Source: a virus | IMG/VR virus record: IMGVR_UViG_3300045988_179268 | Coordinates: 192,001-256,000 of that record | Length of the DNA stretch: 64,000 nt | Direction: 5' to 3' (one strand) | Part shown: one piece after another, positions 62,665 to 64,000 of the stretch | Layout of the letters: each line of letters opens with the position of its first letter | Numbering within the stretch: position 1 is the stretch's first letter | The notes under the pieces: generated by a model | Databases searched by the model: none | What the model saw: only the letters and a program-made list of their open reading frames with translations | What the model was told of the DNA's origin: nothing | Position numbers and translations under genes: made by a program

Positions 62665-64000
62665 ATGCTTGAAGTGCAGGATGTAAACCTTGCCGATGCA
62701 ATTGACATCATTGAAGATACCGCGTTTCCACAGTACGACGAAATCACTGGGGAATTTGTGGCACCTGGAGAGAACGTCTTCCTTATCGGTCCCGCCGGTG
62801 TAGGTAAGACACAGGCTATCAATGCCCTTGCCGAGAAGATGGGGTACGAACTTATCACCCTTATTACCTCACAGATGAACGCTGAACAATTCCAAGGCAT
62901 CCCGTCTGTAGGGTCTATCACCGCCACGAACAGTAAGGGTGAGAGCGTAAAGTACCCGTCGGTCGAGTACCTGCTTGACGCATGGCAGGCGAAAACATTC
63001 ACTCTAGCAGACAGCGGCAAGCCGGTCGTACTATTTTTTGACGAATTGCGTAACGCGCCACTGGATGTACTTGCCGCATCTCTTAACATCCTGGCAGACC
63101 GCAAGGTGAACGGCATTGACCTCCCCAAGGAAACGGTTATCATTGCCGCATCAAACTCTGGTAAGGATTCTGTGAATCCGTCTAGGTTTAGCACGCCCAT
63201 TCAGGGGCGCTTTACCTGGTATGCGGTTCGCCAGACTGTCGAAGATTGGTGTGCGGGCGCTGAAACTAATTGGGGCAAGCGACTCACCTATAAAGAAAGT
63301 ATTATCCGTACAGCAATTGTGGACGCGATTCGTGACGGCAAGGCTACGCTTATGGAGCCTACCGGAAACGGTGGTGCTCCCGCAAACCTAAGTGTTGGAG
63401 GCTCCAGCGTTGAGGCTCGTGAGGTGGCTGAGTTTGCGTGGCGTTCCCCACGAAGCTGGAACAGGCTTATTTCTCAGCTGAGCGCTATTCGCACTAAGGG
63501 TCGTTCAGCGGCTGTCTGGTCGCAACGTGCAACTACTGTTACTACTGGAACTGTTGGACTTTTGGGTTTTCGGGAGATTGAAGGCATCCTTAAGTCGCTT
63601 TCTGCTTCTGTGTGCGATATTCAGAAGCAGGTTGCTTCGGCTCAGGGACAGCGTGACTTAGCTAAGACGTTCGGTCAGAGAATCTATAATGAAGGTCGCT
63701 GTACCGCAACTTTAAGGAGCATGTTCCGTGAGTACAAGGGACTTCTTGGCTCATGGACGGCATTGCAGGACTTAACTGGTGCTGTTTCATCAGGTTTCCT
63801 GGAGCGTGTTAATGAGCGCTTGACTGACATGAATCTAAGCGATAATGACCATGCTAAGAAGCAGGTGGCTGATGAAATTTGGCGGGCTGTTTCTATCCTT
63901 AAGAATTTCCATGAAGACCTTGCATCTGAAAGTGAAAATAACTTTGATATTGACTTGATGGTTACTTCCGACATTACCACTAAGCTTGTTGAAGATTGGA
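62665..64000 (+). CDS. MoxR-like AAA+ ATPase, 3' end outside window
   Basis: Walker A GPAGVGKT, Walker B LFFDE, IIAASN; frame read codon by codon with no stop to nt 64000; absent from the track because it has no stop. Confidence 0.75.
   Translation, partial: MLEVQDVNLADAIDIIEDTAFPQYDEITGEFVAPGENVFLIGPAGVGKTQAINALAEKMGYELITLITSQMNAEQFQGIPSVGSITATNSKGESVKYPSVEYLLDAWQAKTFTLADSGKPVVLFFDELRNAPLDVLAASLNILADRKVNGIDLPKETVIIAASNSGKDSVNPSRFSTPIQGRFTWYAVRQTVEDWCAGAETNWGKRLTYKESIIRTAIVDAIRDGKATLMEPTGNGGAPANLSVGGSSVEAREVAEFAWRSPRSWNRLISQLSAIRTKGRSAAVWSQRATTVTTGTVGLLGFREIEGILKSLSASVCDIQKQVASAQGQRDLAKTFGQRIYNEGRCTATLRSMFREYKGLLGSWTALQDLTGAVSSGFLERVNERLTDMNLSDNDHAKKQVADEIWRAVSILKNFHEDLASESENNFDIDLMVTSDITTKLVEDW

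Overview
The window looks like part of a large dsDNA phage or prophage genome. It is almost entirely plus-strand, with about 60 mostly orphan ORFs. At least 30 copies of one extended -10 promoter motif (TGTGGTACAnT) drive them, and hairpin terminators punctuate them. Recognisable genes: three solo TnpB-like genes (one apparently nuclease-degenerate), a serine recombinase, a PP2C-like phosphatase, a Pnkp-like kinase/phosphoesterase, an RNA ligase, a VWA protein next to a MoxR-like AAA+ ATPase, and several tandem paralog families. Positions 48.0-55.2 kb form a tRNA island with 25 canonical tRNAs (a 26th lies at 58.8 kb) plus tRNA-like debris. It includes a UCA-anticodon (UGA-reading) tRNA, in a window where TGA is almost never used as a stop (3 of 58 ORF ends read). 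The most unusual content is about 15 copies of a ~140-nt, five-helix structured RNA module, called the E-module here. Its helices covary between copies. Its 3' end is a short CRISPR-repeat-like hairpin plus handle (GGGGATGRCTC), and it is often followed by type I-E-like repeats (CCCCGTACACGCGGGGATGGCTC) and spacers. Two units show the exact 61-nt (29+32) I-E periodicity. The modules are interleaved with tRNA genes in promoter-driven operons, and no cas genes are present in the window. One stand-alone copy at 10.8 kb is followed by a diverged, mostly synonymous allele of the 3' end of the neighbouring gene, which looks like a homing or cassette-transfer scar. Other oddities: a 3.4-kb island with extreme G+T coding-strand bias carrying three paralogs, a G10 tract splitting a membrane-protein gene, and two long ORF-free regions. 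All calls were made by eye; no searches were run.
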